Assembly: GCA_035530015.1 (NCBI GenBank)
Contig: DATKVP010000382.1
Location: forward strand, 1-41,058
DNA: 41,058 nucleotides
Source: Anaerolineae bacterium
GTDB taxonomy: Bacteria > Chloroflexota > Anaerolineae > UBA7937 > B3-Chlor
Reading direction: 5' to 3'
Part shown: piece by piece, positions 15,461 through 22,662 of the stretch
Numbering within the stretch: the stretch's first letter is position 1
How the letters are laid out: each line of letters opens with the position of its first letter
Notes under the pieces: model-generated
What the model was told of the DNA's origin: nothing
The model's input: the letters and a program-made list of their open reading frames with translations, nothing else
Database searches by the model: none
Program-made: the position numbers and the translations under genes

Positions 15461-17127
15461 CACAGAGGATGGAGCTCTCACCGACTGAGATTGTGAGGTC
15501 CCGCTTTCAGACGAGGCAGGATGGATACCAGGGGGAGTCGTTCGAGGGGCTGGTGAGCTCCGTGAAACGCCACGGGCTGATCAACCCCCTGGGGGTGATC
15601 GTCAACGAGTCAAATGAGTTCGAGCTGGTGTACGGCCACCGCCGGCTGGAGGCGGCGCGCAAGGCGCAGCTCAAAACGCTGCCAGTGGACGTGATCGCCA
15701 GCCTGATCAGCACCGATGACGTGGCGGGTGAGTTGGACAAGATCCAGGAGATGGTGCTGGTAGACAACCTCTTCCACGAGGACCTGACAGCGCTGGAAGT
15801 TGCTCGGGGGCTCCAGGAGCTGATCAGACTACAGGGGCTCAGCCAGGAGCAGGTCGCCCAGGTCGTGGGGAAGAGCCAGCAATGGGTGAGCGACAAGCTG
15901 CGCCTGCTCGACCTGGCTGAGCCGGTGAAGAAGGCGGTCACCGGGCGCTCGGTAGAGGAGACGGTGGCGCGGCGGCTGGCCACACTGCCCGAGAACATGC
16001 AGGAGTCGGTCCTCGAGTATGTGAAGGGGAAGGCGTCGAGGGAAGCCAATGAGATCATCGGGGAGATCAAGGAGGCTACGGATCCTGAGTTCTGGGACCT
16101 GCCCGAAGACAAGCCGTGGGAGCCGGAGAAGATCAACGTCAAGGCCATGTTAGACGATTGCCTGGACCAGGTGCCCCCAGAGAAGAAGGGCGAGGCGCTA
16201 GTCAATCTGCAGGCACGCGGGCTCCTGAAGGGGCCGGGCCAGCAGTACGCCTATTCGATGGGTGGCTTCCCATCCGCGTGCGGGTTGAAGCACAAGAGCA
16301 TGGGCGCATGGCAGAAGGCGCAGGAGCGGACTTGCGAGCACTGTGTGTGGCAGGGAGAGCACATACATTATCAGTGCGGCCAGGAGAGGGAGACCTGTGA
16401 ATCTTGCCTCATCGAGACTGACGAGGTGAGGCTGCCGGTGCCCTGCGGGGAGACGGAGGCGGATTGCCAGGCCTGTGAGAAGGACCCGGGCTGGTGCACC
16501 GACGTGGCCTGCTACATCGAGCACTGCAAGGCGGTCTCCCGAGAGGCCGAGGCTGCGGTAGATGAGGCAGGGCTCGAGAGGGACATCGAGGCGCAAGAGG
16601 CCCTGCGGGCATTCTATGATCGGCAGACAGGAGAGGGGATCACCCGGGATCATTGGCTGGCTCAAGCCTGTGAGTATTGCGCGCTGTGGCGAGGGCCGGA
16701 GCAGCGGGATCAGTGTAACGCGGAAAAGCCGCAGCATATACAGACAGGCTTCTGGCAGAGCGAGGGGGTGACCGTGCCCCGCTGCACCGGCTTCGGGCTG
16801 AGGAATCTGGCGAGAGTGCCCGAGATCGATCAGGCGCGCTTCGAGGAGATCCTGCTCGTGGGGCTGGATGAGCTACGCCGGATGGGCAGTCTGAGGCCTC
16901 GGGGGATTTATAAGGGGGGTGAAGATGACGACTTCATCGCCACCATCAAAGAGGCTGGACTGAACAAGCGGCAGCTCGTGGCGCTCTGGATCTCCGCCAT
17001 CAACTCCCGCGTCGATGGCGTTTGGGGCGGTACGGAGAGGAGCCTGATCAACCCCATCACGGGGGAGAAGACGATATGGCTTGTGATCCCCCAACAGCCG
17101 GAGGACGATGAAGACGCAGATTCCTGA
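15457..17127 (+). CDS. ParB/Srx-like nuclease-domain protein with HTH and a Cys-rich C-terminal region
   Basis: ParB N-terminal motif ELVYGHRRLEAARKAQLKTLPVDVI. HTH segment LSQEQVAQVVGKSQQWVSDKLRLLDL. Multiple CxxC pairs after residue ~290. Confidence 0.7.
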   Translation: MTQRMELSPTEIVRSRFQTRQDGYQGESFEGLVSSVKRHGLINPLGVIVNESNEFELVYGHRRLEAARKAQLKTLPVDVIASLISTDDVAGELDKIQEMVLVDNLFHEDLTALEVARGLQELIRLQGLSQEQVAQVVGKSQQWVSDKLRLLDLAEPVKKAVTGRSVEETVARRLATLPENMQESVLEYVKGKASREANEIIGEIKEATDPEFWDLPEDKPWEPEKINVKAMLDDCLDQVPPEKKGEALVNLQARGLLKGPGQQYAYSMGGFPSACGLKHKSMGAWQKAQERTCEHCVWQGEHIHYQCGQERETCESCLIETDEVRLPVPCGETEADCQACEKDPGWCTDVACYIEHCKAVSREAEAAVDEAGLERDIEAQEALRAFYDRQTGEGITRDHWLAQACEYCALWRGPEQRDQCNAEKPQHIQTGFWQSEGVTVPRCTGFGLRNLARVPEIDQARFEEILLVGLDELRRMGSLRPRGIYKGGEDDDFIATIKEAGLNKRQLVALWISAINSRVDGVWGGTERSLINPITGEKTIWLVIPQQPEDDEDADS

Positions 17128-17770
17128 AGGCTGGATCGGCTCGGTGGAGATCTCCCAGCGGATGGGGTTCTCGACGTCGTGGAATGCGATCAAACTGTGT
17201 CGCTCCCGGGGCATCGAGGAGTACCGGCATGAGAATCCCGGCGGTGGGCATCCCCTGGCGCTGTTCCGCCGCGATGAGGTGGAGGCGCTAATCAGGGAGC
17301 GGCGCCATGAGCAGTGGCTGGAGGCGCAGGGCTTGAAGAAGTGCGCCACCTGCGGAGAGTGGAAGGATCGGGAGCATCAATATTGGGGCAGAAACTCTCA
17401 GTGCATCGAATGCGCCAAGGAGACGGGCCGAAAAGACCGGCAGAAGCACCCCCGATCGAGGCGCAGTAGCACGCCGGCAGAAGATCATCCCTGGCGCCAG
17501 TCGGGGATCCACGTAGGGGCGGGGTCGGCTGGCCCGGTGGATGAGTACGTGGCCTCGGGCGGCGGCCCTTCTCCTGATGATAGTCTGCAATATGCCTGCC
17601 TGGATCGCGGTTTTGCGGTGAGGCCGTGCCTGCCAGGGAAGAAGAGGGCCACATTCTGCATCAAGTGCACGGCGGGACGATGCCAATGGCATCCGAAATT
17701 GACCCCCGGGCAGATCAGGGTGAGAGCGGGGCTGCCGGCTGAGGTCCAGGTAGAGGCTGAAGGCACATGA
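17108..17770 (+). CDS. HTH plus zinc-ribbon protein (excisionase/MerR-like N-terminus), possible regulator
   Basis: WIGSVEISQRMGFSTSWNAIKLCRSRG followed by CATCGEW...CIECAKE. Confidence 0.35.
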   Translation: MKTQIPEGWIGSVEISQRMGFSTSWNAIKLCRSRGIEEYRHENPGGGHPLALFRRDEVEALIRERRHEQWLEAQGLKKCATCGEWKDREHQYWGRNSQCIECAKETGRKDRQKHPRSRRSSTPAEDHPWRQSGIHVGAGSAGPVDEYVASGGGPSPDDSLQYACLDRGFAVRPCLPGKKRATFCIKCTAGRCQWHPKLTPGQIRVRAGLPAEVQVEAEGT

Positions 17771-17880
17771 AGAGACCCACCATCGGCGAAGTGGCGCGCT
17801 TCATCGGGATCTCGATCGGCCGGTGGGTGCAGTTCCTGGGGCTGCTGTTGTGGGCGCTGTTACACCCGAGAGAACGCTAG
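17767..17880 (+). CDS. 37-aa membrane peptide
   Basis: ATGA overlap with the previous gene. Sequence is MKRPTIGEVARFIGISIGRWVQFLGLLLWALLHPRER. Below the ORF-track cut-off. Confidence 0.3.
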   Translation: MKRPTIGEVARFIGISIGRWVQFLGLLLWALLHPRER

Positions 17881-17901
17881 AGTGCGATCGCATCTAGCAA
17901 T

Positions 17902-17939
17902 AGGCGGGAGAGGGGTACGGTGGGCGCTCCTCCCCGCCT
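17902..17939 (+). terminator. GC-rich hairpin (about 13 bp with one bulge) ending the early operon segment; no U-tract
   Basis: aggcgggagagggg pairs with ctcctccccgcct around an 11-nt loop, followed by ggaataataga. Its terminator function is uncertain. Confidence 0.35.
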
Positions 17940-17952
17940 GGAATAATAGATC

Positions 17953-18477
17953 ATGAATGCTGATGACATCTATCGTGCTCTTCAGAACCGCCATAAGCTG
18001 CCCGAGTGGGTGCTGGTTAGGGAACTCTGTTTGGCAACCGGGGATTATCGCTGGCGTCAGCCTGTCTTAAACCCCCCACGACTCAATCGTCGCTGGCGGT
18101 GTGATGCCATGCAGAGAATTGATGCGTTCGCAATCAACTGCTATGAATCGCAGCGCTTCATGAAGGTCGCCTACGAGATCAAGATCAGTCACAGTGACTT
18201 CATTCGTGAAAAACGTGATCCCGACAAACGTCAGGGCGCTATGGAAGTCGCCGATTACTTCTATTTCGCGGCACCCCGAGGAGTGATCGCCCCTATGGAA
18301 CTGCCAACGGGCACAGGCTTGCTCGTAGTCTATGATTCGGGACGCACTGAAATCTTAGAACGAGCGCCCAGGCTACCCGCGACGCGGCTTGATTGGGCCT
18401 TCGTGGCTTCTCTGATGCGGAACGCGATGATGATGCGAAGGAAGGATCTGCCTCGAGATCGATTTGAGGACCGATGA
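17953..18477 (+). CDS. MmcB-like PD-(D/E)XK nuclease-fold protein
   Basis: RIDAFAI...VAYEIKISHSDFIREKRDPDK...ADYFYFAAP matches the D...EIK core and the fyfA motif of the MmcB family. GC is visibly lower than in the neighbours. Confidence 0.55.
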   Translation: MNADDIYRALQNRHKLPEWVLVRELCLATGDYRWRQPVLNPPRLNRRWRCDAMQRIDAFAINCYESQRFMKVAYEIKISHSDFIREKRDPDKRQGAMEVADYFYFAAPRGVIAPMELPTGTGLLVVYDSGRTEILERAPRLPATRLDWAFVASLMRNAMMMRRKDLPRDRFEDR

Positions 18478-18947
18478 ACCTCTTCTACTACGCCACGATC
18501 ATCGCCATGACCATCCTCTGGGAGGCGCCTCACCAGCCGCCCATGGGACAAGAGCTGGTGGCGCACACCATCGTCAACCGGGCGGAGATCTCCGGCATGG
18601 ACATCGAGGCGGTGGTGATGCAGCGCGGGCAGTATGCCGGCTGGACGGAGCAGCGGAGGAGAGAGTGGCTGCGCTGCGCCGTCGAGGGGGAGCTGCCCTG
18701 GGGCATGGATCCGGTGGGGCACCTGCACCTGATCTGGACCGGCGATGGATGGCGTGAGGCCACGGAGGCGGACTGGTGGGCGATCTGGTGGATGAGCCTC
18801 TCGGTGCTCCTGGGGAAGGAGGAGCCGTTGGGCTTCGAGGGTGTGACGCACTTCGATAATCCTGGCTTTTGGGACGGTGGAGATCCTCCGTGGGCATGGG
18901 AGAAGGAGACGCTGGGGCGTGTGGGGGATCATGTCTTCTATAGGTGA
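18474..18947 (+). CDS. SleB/CwlJ-type cell-wall hydrolase domain protein
   Basis: TILWEAPHQPPMGQELVAHTIVNRA...QYAGW resembles the Hydrolase_2 core (GEA...VAxVIxNR...QF). Confidence 0.5.
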   Translation: MNLFYYATIIAMTILWEAPHQPPMGQELVAHTIVNRAEISGMDIEAVVMQRGQYAGWTEQRRREWLRCAVEGELPWGMDPVGHLHLIWTGDGWREATEADWWAIWWMSLSVLLGKEEPLGFEGVTHFDNPGFWDGGDPPWAWEKETLGRVGDHVFYR

Positions 18948-19113
18948 GATGCTCAGGCGGTGGTGCAGCAAAGGAGAGCCGCCCGAGGAGCAGAAGCAGA
19001 TGCGGGCGCCGGAGGGGTACGGGATGATTCTCAGGATCCCCATCGAGCGCCAGTATCCCGATGGCTCGAAATCGGGCAAGCTCTTCTGGCACATCATAGT
19101 ATGGTGGAATTGA
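18931..19113 (+). CDS. Hypothetical protein (60 aa; start chosen within tracked ORF 18877..19113)
   Basis: In-frame ATG at 18931, close to the end of the previous gene. Confidence 0.3.
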   Translation: MSSIGEMLRRWCSKGEPPEEQKQMRAPEGYGMILRIPIERQYPDGSKSGKLFWHIIVWWN

Positions 19114-19114
19114 G

Positions 19115-19480
19115 ATGACGATCTCTAACGCGATCGAGATGCCCTGGCTCAAGGACCTCTCGGTCAATCACATGAGATATGGCAGCGAGGGGGGCTACCA
19201 CCGCAAAGGGGACATCCAGGGCTGGATGAACCGCCTAGCATGGGAGGTGAAGCTGCTCCAGGTGGTGAATTGGGGCTTGCCTATCACGATCATTGTCGAT
19301 TGCCGCTATCCCGACAAGCGCCGGCGGGATGATCACAACCTCTACAAGGCGATCGCGGACGCGGTGGCGGAGGGGTTGGACATCGATGACCGGCACATCA
19401 GGATCAGGAGCGGGAGCGTGGAGGTGGTCCCGGACGATCCGGGGTTCACCATCACGCTGACGGATGAGGACGCGGCATGA
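19115..19480 (+). CDS. rusA: RusA-family Holliday junction resolvase
   Basis: PITIIVDCRYPDKRRRDDHNLYKAIADAVAEGLDIDDRHI aligns with E. coli RusA [41 protein letters not shown], as recalled from memory. Confidence 0.85.
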   Translation: MTISNAIEMPWLKDLSVNHMRYGSEGGYHRKGDIQGWMNRLAWEVKLLQVVNWGLPITIIVDCRYPDKRRRDDHNLYKAIADAVAEGLDIDDRHIRIRSGSVEVVPDDPGFTITLTDEDAA

Positions 19481-19938
19481 ACTGGCTACTGGTGATCTTG
19501 ATTCTCTGCTATCCGGGGCTGGCCATCAAACCGGAATGGTATAGCCGTCTACGGAGCGCTGATGTCCGCGGGCACTACATGGACTCCAGGGGACGCATCG
19601 GCTGGTACAACCCCGAGACCTGGGAGATCCACATCGTCTACAGCTATGAGCAGGGCGGCCGGCCGATGCTGCGCCGGCTGTCGCATGAGGCGCACCACTA
19701 CCTGGCCAGGAAGGCCAAGTTGGGCGATTGGGAGAAGTTCGCGGACCTCACGATGAAGCTGGCGCGGAGGGATCATTGCTCGGCACATCAATTGAAGACG
19801 ATCAAGGGCATGATCGCCTACGGAGGGGGGTACGAGCTACATGCTGAGCTGCCCTGGATCCTGGAGGGGGAGATACCGCGGGAGCTGCAGATGTGGTATC
19901 CTTGGTTCGTGCTCAGGGAGGCGAAGGCGAAACCGTGA
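19477..19938 (+). CDS. Hypothetical protein with a hydrophobic N-terminus and an HExxH motif (possible zinc metallopeptidase)
   Basis: N-terminus MNWLLVILILCYPGLA, then SHEAHHY. No family recognised. Confidence 0.3.
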   Translation: MNWLLVILILCYPGLAIKPEWYSRLRSADVRGHYMDSRGRIGWYNPETWEIHIVYSYEQGGRPMLRRLSHEAHHYLARKAKLGDWEKFADLTMKLARRDHCSAHQLKTIKGMIAYGGGYELHAELPWILEGEIPRELQMWYPWFVLREAKAKP

Positions 19939-20135
19939 CGGGAGCGACGTTGATTACGGCTAATGGTGAGCTGCACCTGGGGAAGCGGACCACGGCCATC
20001 GTGGAGGAATTGCTCGCCATCGCGGCCAAGATCGAGGTGCCTCGCAAGGGGAAGGTGGAGATCACCGTGGACTTCTCCAACGGCTCGCTGACGGTAGCGG
20101 TGAGAGAGGTAGGGGAGAGCAGGAGGATTGAGTGA
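19935..20135 (+). CDS. Hypothetical protein (66 aa; GTG start)
   Basis: GTG at 19935 overlaps the upstream TGA. Ends in junction module type II, copy 1. Confidence 0.35.
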   Translation: MTGATLITANGELHLGKRTTAIVEELLAIAAKIEVPRKGKVEITVDFSNGSLTVAVREVGESRRIE

Positions 20136-20539
20136 TGGACGAATGGGAACGGCAGTACCAAGCAGAGCTCGAGACATTGTTGTCAGTCGTGGCCCTGAGT
20201 GATGATTTTTGGGGGAATGTAGAGCCGAAATTCGCCGCTCAGGCGACATTTGGAGTGTATCGTCACGCAATTATGCGGTTGCCAGTGTTGCGGCAACATC
20301 TGACCCTACAGGCCGTGGATGCAAGTTGCTGGGATGGCATCAAAAGGAGATGGCTGCCTGATCGGCTCCAGCGGATTTTCATCCCGCATGTACGGTGCTT
20401 TGACATCAATGAGATCACGAGTCCGAACGGAAAGGTTACTAGATATTTGCTGCGAACGGATTATCTCACGCAGAAGGAATGGGGCGCGAAACTGAGGAGG
20501 CTAATGGCGGAGGAACATAGGGCAGAGCAGGAGGATTGA
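20132..20539 (+). CDS. Hypothetical protein (135 aa), accessory island
   Basis: Bounded by module II copies 1 and 2. Lower GC than the genome average by eye. Confidence 0.5.
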   Translation: MMDEWERQYQAELETLLSVVALSDDFWGNVEPKFAAQATFGVYRHAIMRLPVLRQHLTLQAVDASCWDGIKRRWLPDRLQRIFIPHVRCFDINEITSPNGKVTRYLLRTDYLTQKEWGAKLRRLMAEEHRAEQED

Positions 20540-20962
20540 GTGAGCAACATCTCAAGGCGAGGCTTCATAGGATTCATCGGCGCGTGTATAGCAGGCCTGA
20601 TCCGCATAGGCAAGACAGAGGCGGGCTTTCAGTCCATCGTAGATGAGATGGACCACCCGACCCTGCCGGATACGCTGCTCGGGTTCCCCATCGAGTGGAC
20701 CGACACCAAGTTTGTCGGGAGTGAGAAGATTATCCTGTCGCCCTTGTCATGTGGCGAGGCGGAACTCGAAGCGGCGAGGATAGCGCGATGGAAAGCCTGG
20801 ACAAGTCTTGACCTGCCCTGCAACAGGTGCGGCACTACTATGGTGTTTTCGTCGGGCAACCGGTCAGGCTATCGGTTCAGCAAGCTGGTTTACAAATGCC
20901 CGGATTGTGGTTGGGGGATTGAGATGCCGATCCTGTCATGCGAGATCCCGCAGGAGGATTGA
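20540..20962 (+). CDS. Tat-signal-like / C-terminal zinc-ribbon protein, paralog 1
   Basis: The N-terminus SRRGFIGFIGACIAGLIRIG resembles a twin-arginine signal. The C-terminus has CNRC...CPDC. Paralog of 21378..21818. Confidence 0.55.
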   Translation: MSNISRRGFIGFIGACIAGLIRIGKTEAGFQSIVDEMDHPTLPDTLLGFPIEWTDTKFVGSEKIILSPLSCGEAELEAARIARWKAWTSLDLPCNRCGTTMVFSSGNRSGYRFSKLVYKCPDCGWGIEMPILSCEIPQED

Positions 20963-21148
20963 ATGAGCAACACTGTCAACCGTGCTGAAGTGCTCCCCTT
21001 GGTAGTCGCGGCTCTGAAGGCGTCCAGCCTCAAACCTGTCTGGTATGTGGACAACGAAATGCAGTATCAAGATGCTGCCCACAAGGTCTTGACTGAGCTA
21101 CTGGACGCCGGCGCGCTTCTGCTTGAGGGGGAAGTAGAAGGTGAGTGA
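20963..21148 (+). CDS. Hypothetical protein (61 aa)
   Basis: ATG directly after module II copy 3. Confidence 0.4.
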   Translation: MSNTVNRAEVLPLVVAALKASSLKPVWYVDNEMQYQDAAHKVLTELLDAGALLLEGEVEGE

Positions 21149-21377
21149 CCCGCTTCTTTACTGTAGTGATTTCAATGCTGGCCCCTGTTGCTCAAGCTGT
21201 CACTACGATGAAGAGCTGGGCTATGCTGACATGATTGAGCTAGAGGATAGTCATGGTGCATACTGTGGGCGCGTATGCTGCGTCGTTTGGAATGAATGCC
21301 TAGAGCCTTTGTCGGATACAGAGCAGGAAGCGCTAATCGAGCGCAAGCAGCAGGAGAAGGGAGAGCAGGAGGATTGA
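21141..21377 (+). CDS. Cys-rich hypothetical protein (78 aa)
   Basis: GTG start. Has CCSSCHY...CGRVCC. Ends in module II copy 4. Confidence 0.4.
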   Translation: MSDPLLYCSDFNAGPCCSSCHYDEELGYADMIELEDSHGAYCGRVCCVVWNECLEPLSDTEQEALIERKQQEKGEQED

Positions 21378-21818
21378 ATGACGGTATCAAGGCGAGGCTT
21401 CATGGGGCTTCTTCTCGCGTGTTTCGCAGGTCTGACGCGCATAGGCAAGACAGAGGCGGCCTTTCAACGGCTCGCAGATCAGGTGGACCACCCGACCCTG
21501 CCGGATACGCTGCTCGGTCGGCCGCTCCTATACTCCAGCAACTATGGCGAGGCGAGGGAGTCCTTCTGGAAGGAGACCCTCATGCCCTTCTACCGGGACA
21601 CGCTTGGCGAGGCGGAACTCGAGGCGGCGAGGGTAGCGCGATGGAAAGCCTGGACCAGTCTTGACCTGGCTTGCAGTAGGTGCGGCGCTCCTATGGTGTT
21701 TTCATGCGTCACTCGCTCGGACGGCCATTGGTTCAGCAAGTTGGTTTACAAATGCCCGGATTGTGTTTGGCAGTTTGAGGTGCCAATCAAGACATGCGAG
21801 ATCCCGCAGGAGGATTGA
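21378..21818 (+). CDS. Tat-signal-like / zinc-ribbon protein, paralog 2, carrying a portal-derived peptide segment
   Basis: SRRGFMGLLLACFAGLTRIG...CSRC...CPDC. The central segment YSSNYGEARESFWKETLMPFYRDTL matches portal residues encoded at 25012-25092. Confidence 0.6.
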   Translation: MTVSRRGFMGLLLACFAGLTRIGKTEAAFQRLADQVDHPTLPDTLLGRPLLYSSNYGEARESFWKETLMPFYRDTLGEAELEAARVARWKAWTSLDLACSRCGAPMVFSCVTRSDGHWFSKLVYKCPDCVWQFEVPIKTCEIPQED

Positions 21819-22064
21819 ATGACTGAGACGGAGAAGATGGCGAAACAGATCAAGACGCTCCTCTATCTCCTGGGTGATCCGGGTGGCCGCGAGCTACTGG
21901 ACAGGATGGTGGCAGCCCAGCTTGGTGAAGTTCGCAAGGCCGTGTGGATGGGCGGGGTCAAGATAAACTGTGGCAGCCTGGTCGTGACAGATGAGGACGT
22001 CACGCGATGGGATCACCTCGAGGGCAAGGAAGTGACGATGTACCTAGTGGACGAAGCCGCTTGA
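21819..22064 (+). CDS. Hypothetical protein (81 aa) immediately upstream of the late promoter
   Basis: ATG directly after module II copy 5. Its stop codon lies inside the -35 hexamer of the late promoter. Confidence 0.45.
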   Translation: MTETEKMAKQIKTLLYLLGDPGGRELLDRMVAAQLGEVRKAVWMGGVKINCGSLVVTDEDVTRWDHLEGKEVTMYLVDEAA

Positions 22065-22090
22065 CAGTCCACTAGATGTTGTGGTATACT
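22061..22090 (+). promoter_or_regulatory. Near-consensus sigma70-type promoter with extended -10 (candidate late promoter)
   Basis: TTGACA at 22061-22066, 18-nt spacer, TGgTATACT at 22082-22090. It shares GTATACTGT with the early promoter. Confidence 0.65.
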
Positions 22091-22096
22091 GTAGGC

Positions 22097-22186
22097 TGAC
22101 AACCAAATAAGGCTGCGAGAGCAGCCGGAACGGTTACCGTAGGAAGGGCCGTCGATCTTCCCGAAAGGGAGTCGGCGGCCTTTTTT
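22097..22186 (+). ncRNA. Predicted ~90-nt terminated leader transcript, analogous to the lambda pR'-tR' 6S RNA arrangement
   Basis: The start is inferred about 7 nt after the -10 hexamer. It contains hairpin GGCTGC-gaga-GCAGCC (22111-22126), small hairpin ACGG-tta-CCGT, and an intrinsic terminator. No ORF is present. Confidence 0.45.
22144..22186 (+). terminator. Intrinsic terminator upstream of the packaging genes
   Basis: Long GC-rich stem GGGCCGTCGAtcttccc-gaaa-gggagTCGGCGGCC followed by TTTTTT at 22181-22186. Confidence 0.7.
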
Positions 22187-22209
22187 GTTGCCACCGGGAG
22201 CGTATAGAC

Positions 22210-22662
22210 ATGGCACGAGGGAAGAAGTATTCGGATGCACAGATCGAGGTCGCCCTGCAGGCGCTCATCGAGCATGACGGCAATGCAGAGGCGGCTTCCA
22301 AGCAGACGAAGATCCCCGCCCGCACGCTCAGGGATTGGCGCGGCAAAGAGTTCGCCGATGAGTTCGCCAGGCTTCGCCGGGAAAAAAGGAAGGGCTTCAT
22401 CGAGAAGGTCTGGGAGGTTGCCGGGCAGGCGCTGGAGCAACTGACGAAGAAGCTCCCTGAGATGAAGGGCAAGGACATCGCCATCACCATCGGTATCCTG
22501 GCTGATAAGGGACTGGCTGCCGGGGGCGAGGCATCGAGGAGGATCGACGTCACGAGTGCAGACAAGCCGCTGGAGGGGAGAAGTGACGACGAGCGGATTG
22601 AGCGGCTGTTCTCGATCTTTGACCAGGCAAGAGCGCGCCGAGATTCTGAGCCTAGCGACTGA
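22210..22662 (+). CDS. terS: Terminase small subunit
   Basis: The N-terminal HTH (YSDAQIEVALQALIEHDGNAEAASKQTKIPARTLRDW) and its position directly upstream of terL support the call. Confidence 0.55.
   Translation: MARGKKYSDAQIEVALQALIEHDGNAEAASKQTKIPARTLRDWRGKEFADEFARLRREKRKGFIEKVWEVAGQALEQLTKKLPEMKGKDIAITIGILADKGLAAGGEASRRIDVTSADKPLEGRSDDERIERLFSIFDQARARRDSEPSD

Larger units (their letters stand above)
20118..21822 (+). repeat. Junction module type II, five copies: 20118-20135, 20526-20543, 20949-20966, 21364-21381, 21805-21822
   Basis: Core is GCAGGAGGATTGARTGA. Each copy contains an AGGAGG Shine-Dalgarno, a TGA, and the downstream RTG start at the same module position. Copy 1 is read in a different frame (SRRIE*) from the others (xQED*). 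Confidence 0.9.

Noticed and set aside
17884-17891. GCGATCGC (HIP1-like palindrome) as a hint of a cyanobacterial host
   Set aside because: Only a handful of copies were spotted by eye in 41 kb. That is not clearly above chance for this base composition and far below HIP1 densities.
21296-21664. ORF 21296..21664 sharing the peptide QQLWRGEGVLLEGD with ORF 24840..25850
   Set aside because: Both are off-frame shadows of the duplicated portal segment. The similarity is a by-product of the real in-frame duplication.
22097-22186. tRNA or tmRNA in the terS-proximal intergenic region
   Set aside because: No cloverleaf can be drawn and there is no T-loop GTTCRANYC or acceptor-stem pairing. The structure is a hairpin series ending in a terminator.
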